IMG/VR virus record: IMGVR_UViG_3300005655_000001
DNA: 48,430 nt
From: a virus
Direction: 5' to 3' (one strand)
Numbering within the stretch: position 1 is the stretch's first letter; every line of letters starts with the position of its first letter. The position numbers and the translations under genes were made by a program. This document shows, piece after piece, positions 48,102 to 48,430 of this stretch. Under the pieces are notes generated by a model. That model did no database searches. It had not been told where the DNA came from and saw nothing but the letters and a program-made list of their open reading frames with translations.

Positions 48102-48430
48102 ATGATTCTGACCCTCCCATGGCCCCCATCGGCCCTGAGCCCGAACCAGCGCCTGCACTGGTCGAAGTTGGCCCGTGCCAAGAAGGCCTACCGGGCAGAG
48201 TGCGCCTGGCAGGCCATTGCGCAGGGCGCCAAGCCCATCACCGCCGAGCGCCTACATGTCTCGCTCGTGTTCTACCCGCCGAACCGCCGCGCCTTCGACC
48301 TGGACAACATGCTGGCGCGAATGAAAAGCGGCCTCGACGGCCTGGCCGACGTGCTGGGCGTGGATGACAAGCACTGGAGCCTGAGCATTGCCCGGGCCGA
48401 AGAAATCGGCGGCATGGTGAAGGTGGAGGT
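48102..48430 (+). CDS. rusA: RusA-family Holliday junction resolvase, 5' portion (runs off the window end and continues at 1..133)
   Basis: From ATG 48102 the product reads MILTLPWPPSALSPNQRLHWSKLARAKKAYRAECAWQAIAQGAKPITAERLHVSLVFYPPNRRAFDLDNMLARMKSGLDG..., which fits the RusA pattern. It is not in the ORF track because there is no stop before the window end. Confidence 0.8.
   Translation, partial: MILTLPWPPSALSPNQRLHWSKLARAKKAYRAECAWQAIAQGAKPITAERLHVSLVFYPPNRRAFDLDNMLARMKSGLDGLADVLGVDDKHWSLSIARAEEIGGMVKVE

Overview
This window is a complete, circularly closed phage genome. It has about 48,310 unique bp, because bases 1-120 are repeated exactly at 48311-48430 and the junction lies inside a RusA gene. 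GC content is high, roughly 60% by eye. The regulatory layout is lambdoid, the head module is HK97-type, and the tail is long and non-contractile. The host is Gram-negative, inferred from the SAR-type endolysin and the embedded Rz/Rz1-like spanins.

Layout:
- Two near-identical divergent early promoter/operator units lie at about 44.08-44.20 kb.
- The rightward early operon wraps through the window ends to 2044. It holds a Cro-like HTH, small ORFs, a replication initiator with internal 11-bp-phased iteron-like repeats, a primase-helicase, RusA, NinB, a Ref-like protein and a Q-type antiterminator.
- An accessory cassette of about 3 kb (2045-4990) has its own divergent sigma70 promoters.
- The late operon runs 5064-32241 on the + strand: HNH-AP2 endonuclease, HNH, ParB-methylase, TerS, TerL, portal, five unassigned genes, prohead protease, major capsid, connectors, tail tube, G/G-T chaperones, a 2141-aa tape measure, tip/fibre genes and the lysis cassette.
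- The leftward early operon runs 44075-32273 on the - strand. It holds many small ORFs, a second HNH-AP2 endonuclease, tRNA-Arg(UCU), a Sak4/SSB-like/Gp157 recombination module and a Dam-type methylase.

I found no integrase, CI-type repressor, CRISPR array, rRNA or reverse transcriptase.

Most interesting observations:
1. The self-contained accessory cassette between Q and the late genes. It is a six-gene operon of small proteins ending in RHH and HTH regulators, divergent from a 448-aa protein, and the same 15-bp box sits in both promoter spacers.
2. A five-gene block, including a tandem paralogue pair, wedged between portal and prohead protease.
3. Twin early promoters predicted to give leaderless mRNAs, one for a 64-aa arginine-rich ORF in the position of an N gene.
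4. An ori-like array of six ACCCA cores at exact 11-bp phasing inside the replication gene.
5. Perfect 48-bp terminator-containing repeats bracketing the tail tube gene.

All functional calls come from reading the translated ORFs and motifs from memory. No database search was run.
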